Of a stretch of DNA of 64,000 nucleotides, positions 40,043 through 53,700 are shown piece after piece. Made by a program: the position numbers and the translations under genes. Origin of the DNA: Eledone cirrhosa (taxonomy: Eukaryota); contig OZ024740.1 in assembly GCA_964016885.1 (NCBI GenBank), positions 134,478,001 to 134,542,000 of the forward strand. Direction: 5' to 3'. The notes beneath the pieces were generated by a model. It was not told the DNA's origin, made no database searches, and saw only the letters and a list, made by a program, of their open reading frames with translations. Every line of letters starts with the position of its first letter. Positions within the stretch are counted from its first letter, which is position 1.

Positions 40043-41959
40043 TTTATTAACAGTAATGTTTTAAATGGTAGTCAACCCCAGAAACACTGTGTGCTTGCTA
40101 GCTTGGAGTAAAAATCTCAAAACGTCGGCCTCTGTGCCCTTTTTTGTGTGGGAGGTGGGGGGGGGGGCATAGTTGTATGTTATTTTTTCCTATACCATCG
40201 ACCATTTAAAATCTATATTTCGGACCACTCTCCTCTAATGGGAGAACTCTTAGCCAGCTTCTGGTTGGTGTTTTCTCTAAAAGCCATAAAAATGCAGTGT
40301 TCCACATCAATTGTCATGCTAACGTTAAAATTCAGAAACAGCAAACACCATATATAACAGTGACTTGTTGTGTTTCTTTCAATCTGTATTCACCTTATCC
40401 CTGATATCTAGAGGAATTCGCAAAAGCGAGCTAGAGTCATCAGAAAATAGGAAATTTCCTTGGGAGATAATATTATTGATTGCTGGATTTCTTTTGATTA
40501 TTTCCATCCACTACTTTTATTTCTGTTGAGCAATATAGAAAACATTCATAATTTTGTCTAGCGGGAGAAATTTAAATCAACTCTGAAATCCATTGTGACA
40601 TGCACCAAATTCTACATTCATAATATTAAAACTTAGGACCTCAGCAAGAATCAACTAACTGGATTTTCAGGGAATTTTCGTCCCACGAACTATTTATCGT
40701 GCCTGATGCATGTGTAAAAATAACCTCTTTCGGGTATACAAAACATACACACACACTCACACGCTAATAGATAGATGTATTATTGATTTGCTAACGCGCA
40801 GAGCAACAGTCGTGAGTTTATCAAAAGCACTGGTATGAATCAGCAGTTCCAGATAAACTCTACAAGTATGGAAGAGCCGTTAACCTGGCCTGTCCAAGAT
40901 GAGCGCAAAGAGCGCAAAGAGCGCAAAGAACAGTTTTGTATCAGAGAATTGAGGACTTGTAATGTGTTGTCAAACAGCTCATGATGCATTGAGGAGAGAT
41001 CTGATTATCCACAGAATCCATCGCAAAAATTGTCTCATCAGCTTCAATCAGCCAGGAACAGCAAGCAGTTTTCTTCTATTTGGTAGCTATGGCGACAGGG
41101 GATATGTGAGGAACGGCAGTAAAAGTATTGAGAACAAACATTTTAGTCTTTAGTCAAGCCCTCATCGTTGTTTTCAAGTTCCACTTGGAGAGGAAACTGA
41201 ATATAGAGAAAAGTGCTTCCCTTTAATACATTTATTGAAATGTAGTTGAGAATGGCATATTATTATGAAGTGGTTGATTGACAGAATCGTTGGGGCTATG
41301 TGGTATTTTTTCAGCTCTTTAAGTTCAAATCAAACCGAGATCAAATTTGCCTTTCATCCTTCCTAGGTCGATAAAATAAAGTATCATTCAAGTATTTAAA
41401 TTGATTTGATCGACTTCCCCTTCCCCCAAAATGCTGTCCTTGTGCAAAAATTAGAAACCATTATTATTAGAGCAATGGATAGAAGAATCTGTAAAGTGCA
41501 GAACAAATTGCCTTTCGTCATGCTCTGAGTATTTAGTTACGCTATTTAGTTACGTTCTGGGTTCAACTCTCACCGGGTACAGCTTTGGCTTTCATCTTTC
41601 TGGATCGATAAAATATGCTTGTCAAGCGGTGGTATGAATGAAATCAATAACTCACTTTCCCTAAATTTTCTAGTTGTGTGTATATGTTAAAAAAACATTA
41701 ATATTAACCCTAAACATAACTCTAACCATACAAATAGTGAATGTTTTAGTGACTATCATTGTCAAGAGCGTATGACTGTATCCATAGCTAAACGATCTAA
41801 CTTATACTGACCCCCAACTACTCAATATGTTTAAGAGTCAATGAGAAACGCCTCTATATAGTCACTCGACTTGCTAGAAATAGCAGGCAAATCTCTCACA
41901 AAAGAGACATTCTACCATCGTAAAAAAAAAGGATTACATTGGATAATGTAATTGTAGAT

Positions 41960-42104
41960 CAGTCTTGAGCAAACTGCGACCCGTTTGGATTTCTGAATAG
42001 CACGCCTAATTTCAAAATTGCCTACAATTCTTTCGTAGTGCGGCCCGCCTTATGATAAGCCACATCCTATGCGGCCCACTGCTCGAAAAAGGTTGCCATG
42101 TCTG
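41960..42104. mobile_element. hAT-type MITE with 8-bp TSD
   Basis: Ends CAGtcttgagcaaact..aggttgccatgtCTG, internal gcggccc motifs, and TSD TTGTAGAT/TTCTAGAT (NTCTAGAN-type target). Confidence 0.75.
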
Positions 42105-43219
42105 TTCTAGATAGTCATAGATACATTATATCAGAATAAAAATGAGGCGATTACGGCTGGAACATATTTTATCCTAGGCCTGCCAGATCAGAGCTGTCAT
42201 GGCGACAAACAACGATAACAACAGCAAGTCAGTGAGGGGGCTCTTCGAAGTTGCTCGATCTGCTAGAAATAGCAGCTAAACCCGTTCCGTTAGCTGATAG
42301 CAGAGAGTTCCGTTCCAGCTCACGGTTCGGCCTTAACAAAGATACCAAGCAATGCTCTATTACTTTCACTTCTATCATTTAACTCTCTAAAGTGACCTCA
42401 ATAATGAATAACCAACGAGTTAATTAAGAAAATTTATTGGAAATGTTTTCCCTCTCTCCCTTATACAGCGCGACTTGCAAATATTTGTTTGAAATTTATT
42501 TCATTATTTCACAAAACAATTTTTTTATTTTGCTTTTTTTTAGGGAGTGTTTTTTATTTTTTAGAAAATTTTGTCGAACCTTATTTTTACCGAATTTTAT
42601 GTTTGTTTAATTATTCGGTCATTCGTTCAATCAATCTGTTGTTTGTTTAGATTTTTATCTTTTTATCTTTTTATTTTTATTTATTTATCTATTTATTAGC
42701 TTCTTTGTTTCTGTCGTGTCTTTTTTAAGTTTCTTTAGTTATTTGATGGGTTTTTGTTTTTTGTTGTTTTTTTTTTCGTTGCTTTTCATTGTACTTTTTT
42801 TTTCTTATCTGAGAATAAAATCTGTTGAATTGTAAGTCAATCAAGTGACGAATTTCCTAACAAAAGACGCGTTCTCTACAAGAACCATGTTCACAGGATG
42901 AGAATTCCGTTTTAAAAATATGGAGCCCTGACATTCAATTAATAATGATTCGTTGGATCGAACGCTGATAATGCGTTAATTTCCCAGCAAAGGAAGGAAA
43001 AGCGTAAGGAAGAAAGAAAGTAAGAGACAAAGTTGATATCACGATGAAATGTAGTCATCTGTTTTGGAACGGTGAGGATTCCAGCTTTTCATTGATGTTA
43101 GTTTTTTGTCGTTGGTTGAATAATGAATTTTCACTGAAGAATAGCGTTAAAGCATGACCGCTTTTTAATGCATATAGATAAATGTGTGAGTGTTAATGCA
43201 TATTATGTGCGCGCTCGTG

Positions 43220-43333
<114 letters not shown>

Positions 43334-44339
43334 AATATAGTATATTAGAATTTTTTTTTATGTTACTCAGATTACTCTCTACTATTACTTTGAATTTCGC
43401 AGTTACCCGCTGATCATGCAAAACTCAGAGTACCACCAAAAATCTAAGTAATACAACAAAAATGCACTTTTTACCTTACATTGGTATTGAGTACTTTTCC
43501 TCGTGTTTGCAAGTGTGTAAAGACTGACGAGCGGATGGGTTGACACGTATATAAAGGCTACATCTTGGTTTCGAGAATTGCCATCCGTTGACTTTTTTCT
43601 CATACATAGCTGGCTTTTTAGCCCTTCCAAGGATTTAGATTCCTGTCTGCATATGCTGCAGCGAAAGAAAAAAGAAAAGGCCATGCTGAAGCAACACACA
43701 TGAAAATCGTTTAGATCCTGATGCCTGTACTTGAAGATTTGTTTGCCCTGGACCAATCTCACTCTCTAAACAGCGATGATAGGTATCCAAAAAGACGAAC
43801 AGGTCAATATTATTGGCTGTTACCGAGTCGCAGGTTTTACATCAGAGTGTTCCTTCTTCTAGATTGATTTACTAACAAGAACTAGGGGTTTCTCACGCCC
43901 GGTGGGCTAACTGCGCGCCCAGGTACCAAACCGAGTATGTATACATACATGCATTGATAGTTTGACTTAATTATCAGCAGTTTCACGAGAAAACAAATCT
44001 AAATCAAGTGCATTTGGAAAAAGTAAAACTAAATGGAGAATGGTGTTTTAGGGCACGGTGCTAACGTAGGGGTGTTGATGAGTTGGGGACAGCATGAGGA
44101 TGGTGTCGTAGGGGCGCTGGCTTGGGCATTTTCAGCCAATTTCTTCCAGAGAAGGAGGGAGAGAGAGGAAGTAAGAAAGAAATATAGAGTAAGAATCAAG
44201 TCCATTACTGGACTGGACTAGTATTTTTTATTGACCCCCGAAAGGATGAAAGGCAAAGTTGAGCTCAGCCGAATTTGAACTGAGAAAATGCAGAGCCGAA
44301 ACAAATATCGCAAAGCATTCTATCCGGCGTTCTAGCGAC

Positions 44340-44645
44340 CCTTCCCTCTTCTTGGATGCTACATGCTGTGACACCTTCTCCAATGGTCACCTGGTGCATT
44401 CGGCTACCTGCCCAGGCCCTGCTGTACCGGCCGCTCACTGATGGGTTTTTGGTAGAGCCTGTTGCAGTGGAGACTTCCGGCGTTCTTGGTCCCCTGACCA
44501 CGTCCCTGCTCACTGCTATCGGAGTGTGGTTAGCCATTCACAGGTGCCAGCCATGCGAGGTAGAGTAATTATCCCAGTGCGTCTCCCTCGCCGTCCTCCG
44601 GGGTCATGTATTCTCCCTCCTGTCGGCCGGGACAAAGCGGCCGAA
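44340..44645 (+). pseudogene. CRE-like non-LTR retrotransposon endonuclease (RLE) fragment
   Basis: 'LDATCCDTFS..' followed by 'EPVAVETSGVLGP..LLTAIG..LSQCVSLAVLRGHVFSLLSAG'. Confidence 0.7.
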
Positions 44646-44834
44646 GGTAAGTTAGTTGGAGGATACTTGTTCGGACGTCAGACATACACACATACTAACC
44701 ACTTGCATTTTAACTAATAGTTCTGAATTTTATCTGTTTTCCATCAATAAGATCACACTTCAACACAGATCCAATAAATTTATTTCTCAAAGAATGCTTC
44801 AGTTCGAACTACTCATGTATTCTCTCTCTATCTC

Positions 44835-44865
<31 letters not shown>

Positions 44866-45601
44866 CATCCTTAATAACCTTTGGTCATCCTTGGTCACTT
44901 TATCTTACAACACTGAATACTCTGGCTGATCAATATCTTAAAACATGCCTTACCACTGGCCATCTATTATTAGTAATAGTAGTTTTGTTTCTAATTCTTA
45001 GTCTAACATGTTTATAATTTTGTTCTCATTATTTTCCTTTTCTCATAAATCTGAACTGGTCCAGTCAGTATTCATCAGACCTGATCTCATAACTCTACTC
45101 AATTCCTAAAACCTAGAATTATTATTGATTATCACAATTAGAGATTAGTGGTGTGGAGAAATCTAATAATGTAGATTGAAATCTCACATCATACGTTATA
45201 AATGAAACTTTTACTTGTGGTAATAATTATAATAGGTTTACAAAGTTAGTGACGACAGTATTACAAACTAACACCAAAATGTTAAAATGAAAAAAAAACC
45301 TGACACTGAGTATTCCGAAAAGGAAATATTTTTTAATACTGCCTTTTTATTTAATATGTCATAACTTTTTTTCCTTTTTTTATTTTTATTTTTTTTTGTT
45401 ATGGTTGTTCACTATCAGATTAACCTAGTAGTAAGATTAGCATTTGCTACGGGCCCCACAAAAATGTTCAAGAACCTGGTGCTAAGTGCTTTACACTATA
45501 GTACTATGCTCCCTTTAATATGTCACATTCTATGTCTCATTATGTCTAGTTTTCAATATAGGGTTACATTTTTTCTTTTTTTTATATAAATCTACTACTA
45601 C

Positions 45602-45870
45602 TTTTTTTTTTTTTTACAGAACTGCTTATACAAAAACAAAACACTATTAAAGGGAACAAAAAATAAAAATAAAAATGAAAAGAACAAAAAGAAAAAAGAA
45701 TCAAGCAAGGAAAGGAAGGGACAGACACTACAGTCTGAGCGGTGCCTCAGCTGCACCCCGTGGACAAAATGGCAAAGACGTTACCGCGGGGCCAGAGACA
45801 CTCGCTACAACAATCATCCCACCTCACGGGGCTCCCACTTCAAACAGGCCACCGTCTTTCCGATTTTAAA
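45602..45870 (-). mobile_element. CRE-like LINE 3' end with poly(A) tail
   Basis: Minus strand 'RGNVFAILSTGCS*', a T-rich 3' UTR, and A14 at 45602-45615. Confidence 0.55.
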
Positions 45871-45959
45871 TCAGCAGTGTGGGGACCAAGGACATTAGAT
45901 ATTTACTCTTTTACTCTTTTACCTGTTCCAGCCATGCTGGGGCACCACCCTTGATAAAG

Positions 45960-46178
45960 GATCGATCGACTTTCGTCAAATCTGACCGAGGAAACAATGT
46001 TTCCGTTGGTCTTTCCAGTTGCTAGTACTATCTATCGGTCGCGACTCCGAGTAGAAGAAGCAACGTGAAATAAAGTGTCTTGCTCAAGGACATAACGCAT
46101 CGCCCGGTCCAGGAATTAAACTCACAACCTTAAGATTGTGAATCCAATTCTCTAACCACTCAGCCACACGCCTTCACT
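45960..46178 (-). mobile_element. tRNA-derived SINE, family S3
   Basis: Homologous to 59250-59467. A further copy lies at ~51805-51980. Confidence 0.85.
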
Positions 46179-46254
46179 ATATATATATTTTTTTAACTTA
46201 CGTGCCCTTTATAGTATTTTCTAGAAGCCCTGCACTAACCTAATCCGGTACTAA

Positions 46255-46455
46255 TGTTGTGTCTTCCGTTATTATTGTCACTGTTGTAGCTGTCATTGTT
46301 GTGACTACTGTCGTTGTGACTGTTGTACTTGCGAGTGTCGTTGTTGTAACTGTCGTTGCTGTAGCAAACGTTGTTGTTACTACTGTCGTTACTGTGGCAC
46401 TCGTTGCTGTGAGAATCTTTGCTGTGGATATCGTCGTTGTTGAGACTCTCGTTTT
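46255..46455. repeat. Degenerate (GTT/GTC/ACT) trinucleotide repeat
   Basis: Seen directly. Confidence 0.85.
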
Positions 46456-48580
46456 GCATAATTTATTTTTGTGTCGTTAGTGGATGCAATCAAGCCGAAT
46501 AGTTAAGATGTTTCCTTCGCAATCATAAGCTCCTGAGCCCGATCTCGCCGAGACACATCGTGGGCAGGTGTCATTTGTCATAGCCTCGAGTCGACTGAAG
46601 ACTTATGAGTGAAATTAGAAGAAAGCTCTCTGGAAGACCATTGGATAAGCTATACATGTAATTTAAAAAAACAGCCTTGTCACCCCTGTCACACAGAATC
46701 TCCTTGAGAATTACGTTGAATGTGTATGTGTCTGCTGACTGCACGTTAAATGCATGAGCAGGTTGTTTGTTGATCAAAAAGCTGAATCACTGATCGCCGA
46801 AACATTGTTTTATATAATTATTTTTTATCGTTGTTGTTGTGACTATCGTTGACATAACCTTAATAGGTTCTGTTTGAAGTTTTGAGGAGGTAATTGTTTT
46901 GTTTCTTCTGATGCCTTTGATTTTCTTAGCCATTTTAAACTACCAATATCAATTCTCTTTATTTATTTAAAACTGAATGATTTGAAGAATATTCGACTGC
47001 TACTTCTGGCAGATCGAATGACCATAAAGAGTCCCCCTCATTTGCTCGTATCTAGTACACTACCTACCTGTCTTACTTGTGCAGTTCTATCTATTCAGTC
47101 TCATCTGTTCTACTCCATATTTTCAGCTCTTGTGACATGTCAACATCTGTACATCCCCCCCCCCCATCCACAACCCTTAGATATATTCACCGCTACCTTC
47201 TCCCATCACCTCAAATGATTCCTGTAAAAGCACTTACAGATTCCTTTAAATGCACTATGCTTAATATTTTATCCCTGTCCCCAAGAGTATACGCATCTAT
47301 AATCCTTTTCCAAGCTTTCTTTGAAATCATGTTTTGCTCTCTGTCAAACTATTATCAACTAAAAAAGAATTAGTCAAGATCTAATACTTTTTTCTCATCA
47401 CATATTTATTTGTTGTAAACTTTTTAATACCCCATTCATTAAATATATAAATACTAATGATTAGCTTACGTGAATTATTTAACCGTTAATCACTAAACAG
47501 TTCTAATCGACGTCAATAAATGCACGATTTATGCCTATAAATATACAATAGTTTGGCAAGTACAGTGAAGTTAGAATAAAACCAAAACATGTCTGGAGTT
47601 GTCTCTCGTTCTTGTAGAAAAAAAAATATCTAAAAAAAACAGTTAGATAGAGCAAGTTTTGTATTCAGTAATGCAGACTTAGTTCTCTTTCAACAATATA
47701 GGCGGCGGCGCCTCTTATAAAAATGTGTTCTAATAAGGATTGTGCAATACAGAATTCCAATTACCATTTCATTTCAACTTAATTTGGTGATTATAAAATT
47801 GTAGATCTCATTCTAATATTGTATCATACGAAAAATCGACAGTGCATATCCCATTATCATCACAGGACTGTACATCTGACCAAGACAAGAGAGTGAATTG
47901 GCAGAGTCGTTAGAGCATCGGATTAAATGTTTTACTGTATTTATTCCAACTTTCTAGGTTCAAATCTCGCCGAGGTCAATTTTGCCTTACATTCTTTCGA
48001 GTTCGATGAATAAAGTTCAGGGTGGTAGTTTGGTGGAATTGTCAGAGCATCGAACGAGATGCCTTTGTGGTATCTATTTATGCTCTTTCCGTTCTGAATC
48101 CCCACCAGAAAACTGGTGACACGATAAAACTGGAACTTCTATCATTAAGAAACATGCAAAAAACCGCTTATGAAATGCAACCTCAACGGAAGCCCGCTAA
48201 ACTTACACAAATGTGAGTCGTAACACAACGACATCATCAGGCCAAGACTCCAAGATCTCACTGAGGTATTGTGTTTAGCTGTAATTGGATTCTAAAATAT
48301 TAGCACTACTTGGTTGAGTCATTCACTCCTCTCACTTGCAAAACCGTCTTCCTTTTGTAACATTAAAAAGGCTCAGATGTAGTGAAACGAATGTCTGGAG
48401 GTTAAACTATTGCTAGAAATGTGGGAGGCGTGAATCCAAACAGTTTGGATAGTACGGTTACACTTATATAATAGTTCAGCTAATGTTAACTTGTTTAATG
48501 TTGGGAGCCTCAAAAGTGCTAATGAGAAAAAAATTCTGAAGATCAGGAAAAATACAATATTTGTCATTGACTAATGTTAT

Positions 48581-48870
48581 GGAGGTTCGTGACCAAGTGG
48601 TAAGTGTGTGGCACTTACGATAATAATGTTGTGGGTTCGATTCCTGGACTGAGTTGTGTCTTGTGATCTTCAGTAAAACATTTCTTTTCACGTTGTTCCA
48701 GTATACGCAGCTGAAAATGGGTACCAGCAGTAGCTGGGGGGGGGGGTTACCCCTGCGATGGACTGGCGTCCTGTCCAGAGGGGGGGGTCTTGTAGTCTCA
48801 GTCGCATAATGCCATGGAAACCGGAGTAAGTACCGATCTGATGAGTCTTCGGGCTCGAGACGGGAGCCAA
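48581..48870 (+). mobile_element. tRNA-derived SINE, family S2
   Basis: A box tgaccaagtgg, B box ggttcgattcc, a ccctgcgatggactggcgtcctgtccag segment, and a 3' hairpin GAGTC-TTCG-GGCTC. Confidence 0.8.
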
Positions 48871-48908
48871 CTTCTGACATGTTTATCTTTCGGACCTCCT
48901 CAGTGAAG
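48871..48908 (-). ncRNA. Degenerate minimal HHR candidate
   Basis: CTTCa-CTGAGGA-ggtcc-GAAA-gAT-aaac-ATg-TC-aGAAG. Full core and GUC triplet, but core-proximal mismatches in stems I and III. Confidence 0.4.
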
Positions 48909-50339
48909 CATAGATTAGTACATGTTTGTTAGTGTGAACAACCGGAAGACAATAGAATTAACAAATGTTTCTTTAGTGTGCAGTGCTAACTTCAGGGCCT
49001 ACCATGGTCCAGAAATATGTACAAAAGACCCGTTCGCGCATTTTTATATGATCTAAAATCTCTTCAGGAGTCAACGATGATTTACTTAAGTAAATCAACT
49101 CCAACTCTCAATTGCTACGTTATTTTAGCGGTCCCCAAAGGATAAAAAGCAAAGTTGATCTTATAAGAAGATTGAATAATCTAAATTTAATAAGAAAGAG
49201 GTGGAAATGTAAAAATACTAAAGCGCTTCCTGCACTAAAAGGTATCCAGTATTTCAGTTATCTTGACCTCCTCCATACGTTCTAAGTTCAAATTCTGCCG
49301 GAGTCAACTTTCCTCGATAAAGTTAGTATCGAACACCTATTGGCGATCAATTTTTAAATAATTGTATCGCACCATTTCTAAGCTTGGAGCTTCGTGCCAA
49401 CGTATGAAAACCATCTCGCAGGATGCAGGATCAATTTTGTGATTCTTTTTTAAATTCTATAATATTGAACAAAAATAAAGTTAGTTTTAAGAGCTAAGTA
49501 TAAACTATATAAGGAAGCTATGGTAGAGTCATTATAATGTCGGATAGAATGCTTTGCGGTATTTTTTTCGACTCTCTAAGTTCAAATCCCGCCGAGGTCA
49601 CCTTTGCCTTTCATCCATTCGAGGTTGATAAAAAAGTACAAATCTAGTACTGGGGTGGTTCTTCCTCTATATCTCTTTCTCACTTCTATTTCCTCACTCT
49701 CTATCCTTCACTAGAAGAAGTCTGCTTATTTCAGACCTGGAGATGAGATGGGTTCCATCATGTTTTAAAATGCCCATGAAACGCCTTATGTCAATACCGC
49801 GCCATTTCAACTCCTCAAGAGTTACGGATCATGCGTGCATAAACTATATGAGGAGGCTATGGTGTTCCTGTATTATTGTAAAGATTAAATTAATGTAATT
49901 GACGTTGAATATTTGCAGTAGAGTAACCATGTTGTAAAACCAAAGATATTTTAATATTTTTCATAAAAATAAATAGGCGATAAATGGGCATGTGTTGCTA
50001 GAGCGTCGGATTAAATACCAGCTCACTGTGCTCTGAATTGAAATCACGTAAAGGTCAATTTTGCTCTCATCCTTCCGGGGTGGTTGGATTGGCGGAGTTT
50101 TCAGAGCATCGGATCGGACACCTTGTGGTATTTTTTCTGCCTCTCTGTATTCTGATGGCCTATTTAGGTGGTAGATACCTCACCTATTTTTAATAACACC
50201 ACATGGCTCTTGAAAAGAGCTATGTGCACTGTCCTTTTCTTTCAAATTAAGCATTAAAAACAAAAATTAATTGTCCCTCATATTACGATATAAAAGGTCT
50301 AAATGTAGTTTAATTGTTTGTTTTTTTTAGGCAGTAGCT

Positions 50340-50752
50340 AGGTGGATTGGCAAAATTGATAGAGCGTCGAATAAATGCCTTTGCGACATTTGTTCTAGCT
50401 CTTTACATTTTGAGTTCAAATCCATGTCAACTTTACCTTTCATCCTTCTTTGGTCGATAAATCAAAGTACCAGTAAAGTACTTGGGTCTATATAATCAAC
50501 TTTACCCTCCCGCAAAATTGTTGACTTTGTACCCAAATTAGACATAATTATTATGGCTGGTGGATTGGCAGTATCGGTAGAGGGTCGGACGCCATGCTTT
50601 GATGATGCACAGAGTTACGGCCCTTGCCATTCTGCGTTCAAATCCTGTCGAGGTTAACTTTGCCTTTCATCCTTACGGGGTCGATAAAATAAAATACCAG
50701 TAATGCACTGGGTAATTGCTGGCCTTGTGCCCAAAGTAGAAACAATTATTAT
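50340..50752 (+). mobile_element. Two tandem S1 SINEs
   Basis: Copies at ~50340-50550 and ~50553-50752. Confidence 0.8.
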
Positions 50753-53700
50753 GGCTAGAGCAATTTCTGTATAAACTAAAACATATTTCTTGTCTGAAAA
50801 TTAAATGTTCTCTTCCTATAGAAATAGACCTCAGAGAATACAGCAATTCTGAAAGAATGATAATTTTTCCTGATAAACTATAATATAATATAATTTCCTA
50901 CATTGGTCACTTTTAACCTTCAAACATCTCAGACACATAATTTTTATTTGTTGTTATGTTAGAAGGTATTCGTGAAATAACAGGGACTTCTCAACTAGTC
51001 TTAAAATTTGAAGCGGTGGGTACAATCGAGTAAATGTCACCCAGTAATTCATTCGTGCTTATTTCATCCTCGAATGATGAACAGCAATGTTGAATTAGAC
51101 AAGATTTGAATTGGTAATGATCTACCAATCCTACCATCCAAATAATAATTTCTGACTTAGGCTCAACTCCTCAAATTTTATGAAAGGATTAAAAGGTTAA
51201 GTTAAAGTCTATCCCAAGTCATCAGGCACATCAAACTGGTGCTTGTTCCCCGTTTCATTTCTCTCTCTCCCTATATATATATATATATATATATATATTC
51301 ATCCTTCATTGCTTTTCAATATGAAGACGCAATACTTTATATCTTTATCACATTGATGAAACATTGAAACGAGCTAGCTGTCCACTTGGTGTTCATAATA
51401 CGGTCAATTATATAAATGTTTATTCTAGTTGAGAAGTACCGTCAGACAAATACTTTTGGTTTAGAGGTGGATTACTGTAAACAGTACACAATTTGTCCAT
51501 AAACTATGGAAAAATTATCAATTCCATGAACTCTCACCGAATTACTAACTTCAAGTTTTAATCTGTTTAAGAACTCCATAGGATTAACTTGAAAATTATT
51601 GCAGGCCCAGATTTGACACCAAGAATGATGTTAACCACAAGTATTATAAGGTTCTATTTCAAACCCATGACTGAATAGACAGTTCAATAGATGCTTAGTA
51701 AAATCACAGCTTTGTAATCGGGTAGTTCAATTAGGTTTAAAAACAATAACTGATCTATCGCTCTCATCGATCCCAGACCTCATTCGGTTGCCGAGTAGGG
51801 TGGACCTCGTCAAATTGGACCAAGGAAACAATGTTTCTATCTACTATCTACCGGTCGCAACTCCTGGCAGAAGAAGCAACGTGAAATAGACACAACGCAT
51901 TACTCGGTCCGAGAATTGAACTCACAACCTCACTATTGCGAATCCAACTCTCTAACTACTAAGCCAAGCGACTTCACTAATAAAGTGGTCTGAAGATTGT
52001 TGATTCAATTAGAACTAAATTATTGTCATACATCTGAATGATATACTGACAGAATTTCATTTTCGTATTAATGGCTATTAACTGTCTCTATAGCACTAAT
52101 ATGGTGACGTAGTCCAATTCCAGTGTCAATACCATGTTTTAAGTTCCGGTACGCGAATGAAATCAGAGCATGATTTGTCTTTATGAAGTAGATTCTACAA
52201 AGAATGAAATATGGATAAACTAACTTTTAGTTGCGAAGTATTCATGGTTTTACATTAGTTTCTAAGAGCATCTTCACCAGCTTTATTTTAGCGCATAGGC
52301 TTTTGATGGTTTGTGAGCTCAGATCGACTAAAAAGGTGTGAAAAAATATTTATCCATCTGTGGCATCATCATTGCCTTCGCTGTCCGTGATAATTTCTTA
52401 CATATGTTCTTTTGCTGACAAATTTTGACATTTTTTCTCTACTTGGAGTAATAAATGTGAAAAATGTCAAAACAGCAGGACATTTCGAAAATATACTAAA
52501 AAACAGAAGTGTTGAGAATTAAAAAAATTGTATAAATACATTGGAAAATAGTGTGTTAGGAACAAATGTAGTAAATCTGCAAAACTTCTCGACATCCAGC
52601 GTCTGCTGAACCTCCAACCGATGGAAATTAATTTTAAACATATAAAAAAATTACAGAGGGTTCAACATTTATGTAAATTATTATCTTAACCATACAAACA
52701 AAGATGAATTAGTGCTTCTTCGTTTCCAGGTTACCATGAACGTAAAAGTGTTTACCTTATCAAAAGTGGTTATGAAAGTGTTTTCAATTTTCAAAAGGAA
52801 GTGAAAATGTATTTTCTAGATAATAAAATTATTAAGTGGATAAATTTACGTACACCGTGGACAATAGTGTGCCGACATCCAGAGCAACGTTTGCATTTGA
52901 CTCAGAATTTGAAAGCGAACAAATATGTGCAAAATGCGTTTAGTCATTTTGAGCTGAACTCTTCTGAGATACAGTTTTGAGGCTTGCCTCTTTGGTGGTG
53001 TTGGGTACTAGTGATGATTTGTGAACGTTGCTTTCACAAGGTACTTATCATAATTTTTCAATTAATTTTATAAGAAGAAAATAAGTCAATTTGAGTGTGA
53101 ATCCAGACAACTGAGAATGAACTTGATGTAGATGATGCAGATATCACCATTGATAATCCTTAAATAATGGAGAACAAGAGAGCAGTTGCTTTTTCCGTAA
53201 GGTTTTAGATCCCGACACGTCAGATGTATGGTTATCATAAAACAATCACAACCCCACAACAGATCACACCATATTTTTTTTGTGAATATAAGGGAGAGGG
53301 GTTAGAGGGGTTAGAGCATTCGACAAAATGCTTTGCGGCATTCAATTATGGCCCTTACAATCTAAGTTCAAATCTCACCAAGGTCAATTTTGCCTTTCAT
53401 CCTACCGAGGTCGGTAAAATAAACTACCAATCAAGTATTGTAGTCGATATAATCGACTTTCCCCCTCCCTGCAAATTACAGGCCTTGTGTCTAAATTAGA
53501 AGCTTGTTTTCGTGGATAAACAAGGCTATGGCAAATGACTGTCGCTCAAGATGCCACGCAGTGGAATTGAACCCGGGACCTTATGATTCCAAAGGGAACT
53601 TTTTAACTATTCGGTCATGATGCGTCCACTAAATGACTTACTGCTATTATCTTTACCTCCGCTACAGATTCTTGATGTTAATCATGGGTGTTGTATCAGG

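Noticed and set aside
43335-43455. Old imperfect inverted repeat with GCGG-gtaa-CTGC-GAAA on the minus strand
   Set aside because: The core reads ATGATCA and stems I and III are unconvincing; too decayed to call.
46595-46625. CTGAAGA-cttatgagt-GAAA
   Set aside because: Lies in a decayed SINE-like sequence; no stem III or NUH.
48200-48245. Minus strand CTGATGA-t-GTCGT..ACGAC-t-CAC-attt-GTG-TA
   Set aside because: HHR-like stems II and III with a U-U closure, but GAAA is entirely absent and stem I does not form. At best a dead copy.
48536-48565. CTGAAGA-tcag-GAAA-AATA..TATT-TG
   Set aside because: The cleavage position would be G, and stem II is absent.
48838-48862. CTGATGA-GTC-TTCG-GGC in the S2 SINE tail (also ~1622-1637 on minus)
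   Set aside because: No GAAA and no stems I or III. Better explained as the SINE 3' stem-loop GAGYC-TTCG-GGCTC.
52850-53160. Possible hAT transposase C-terminal relic (CERCFH)
   Set aside because: A single short motif among stops and frameshifts; insufficient without a search.
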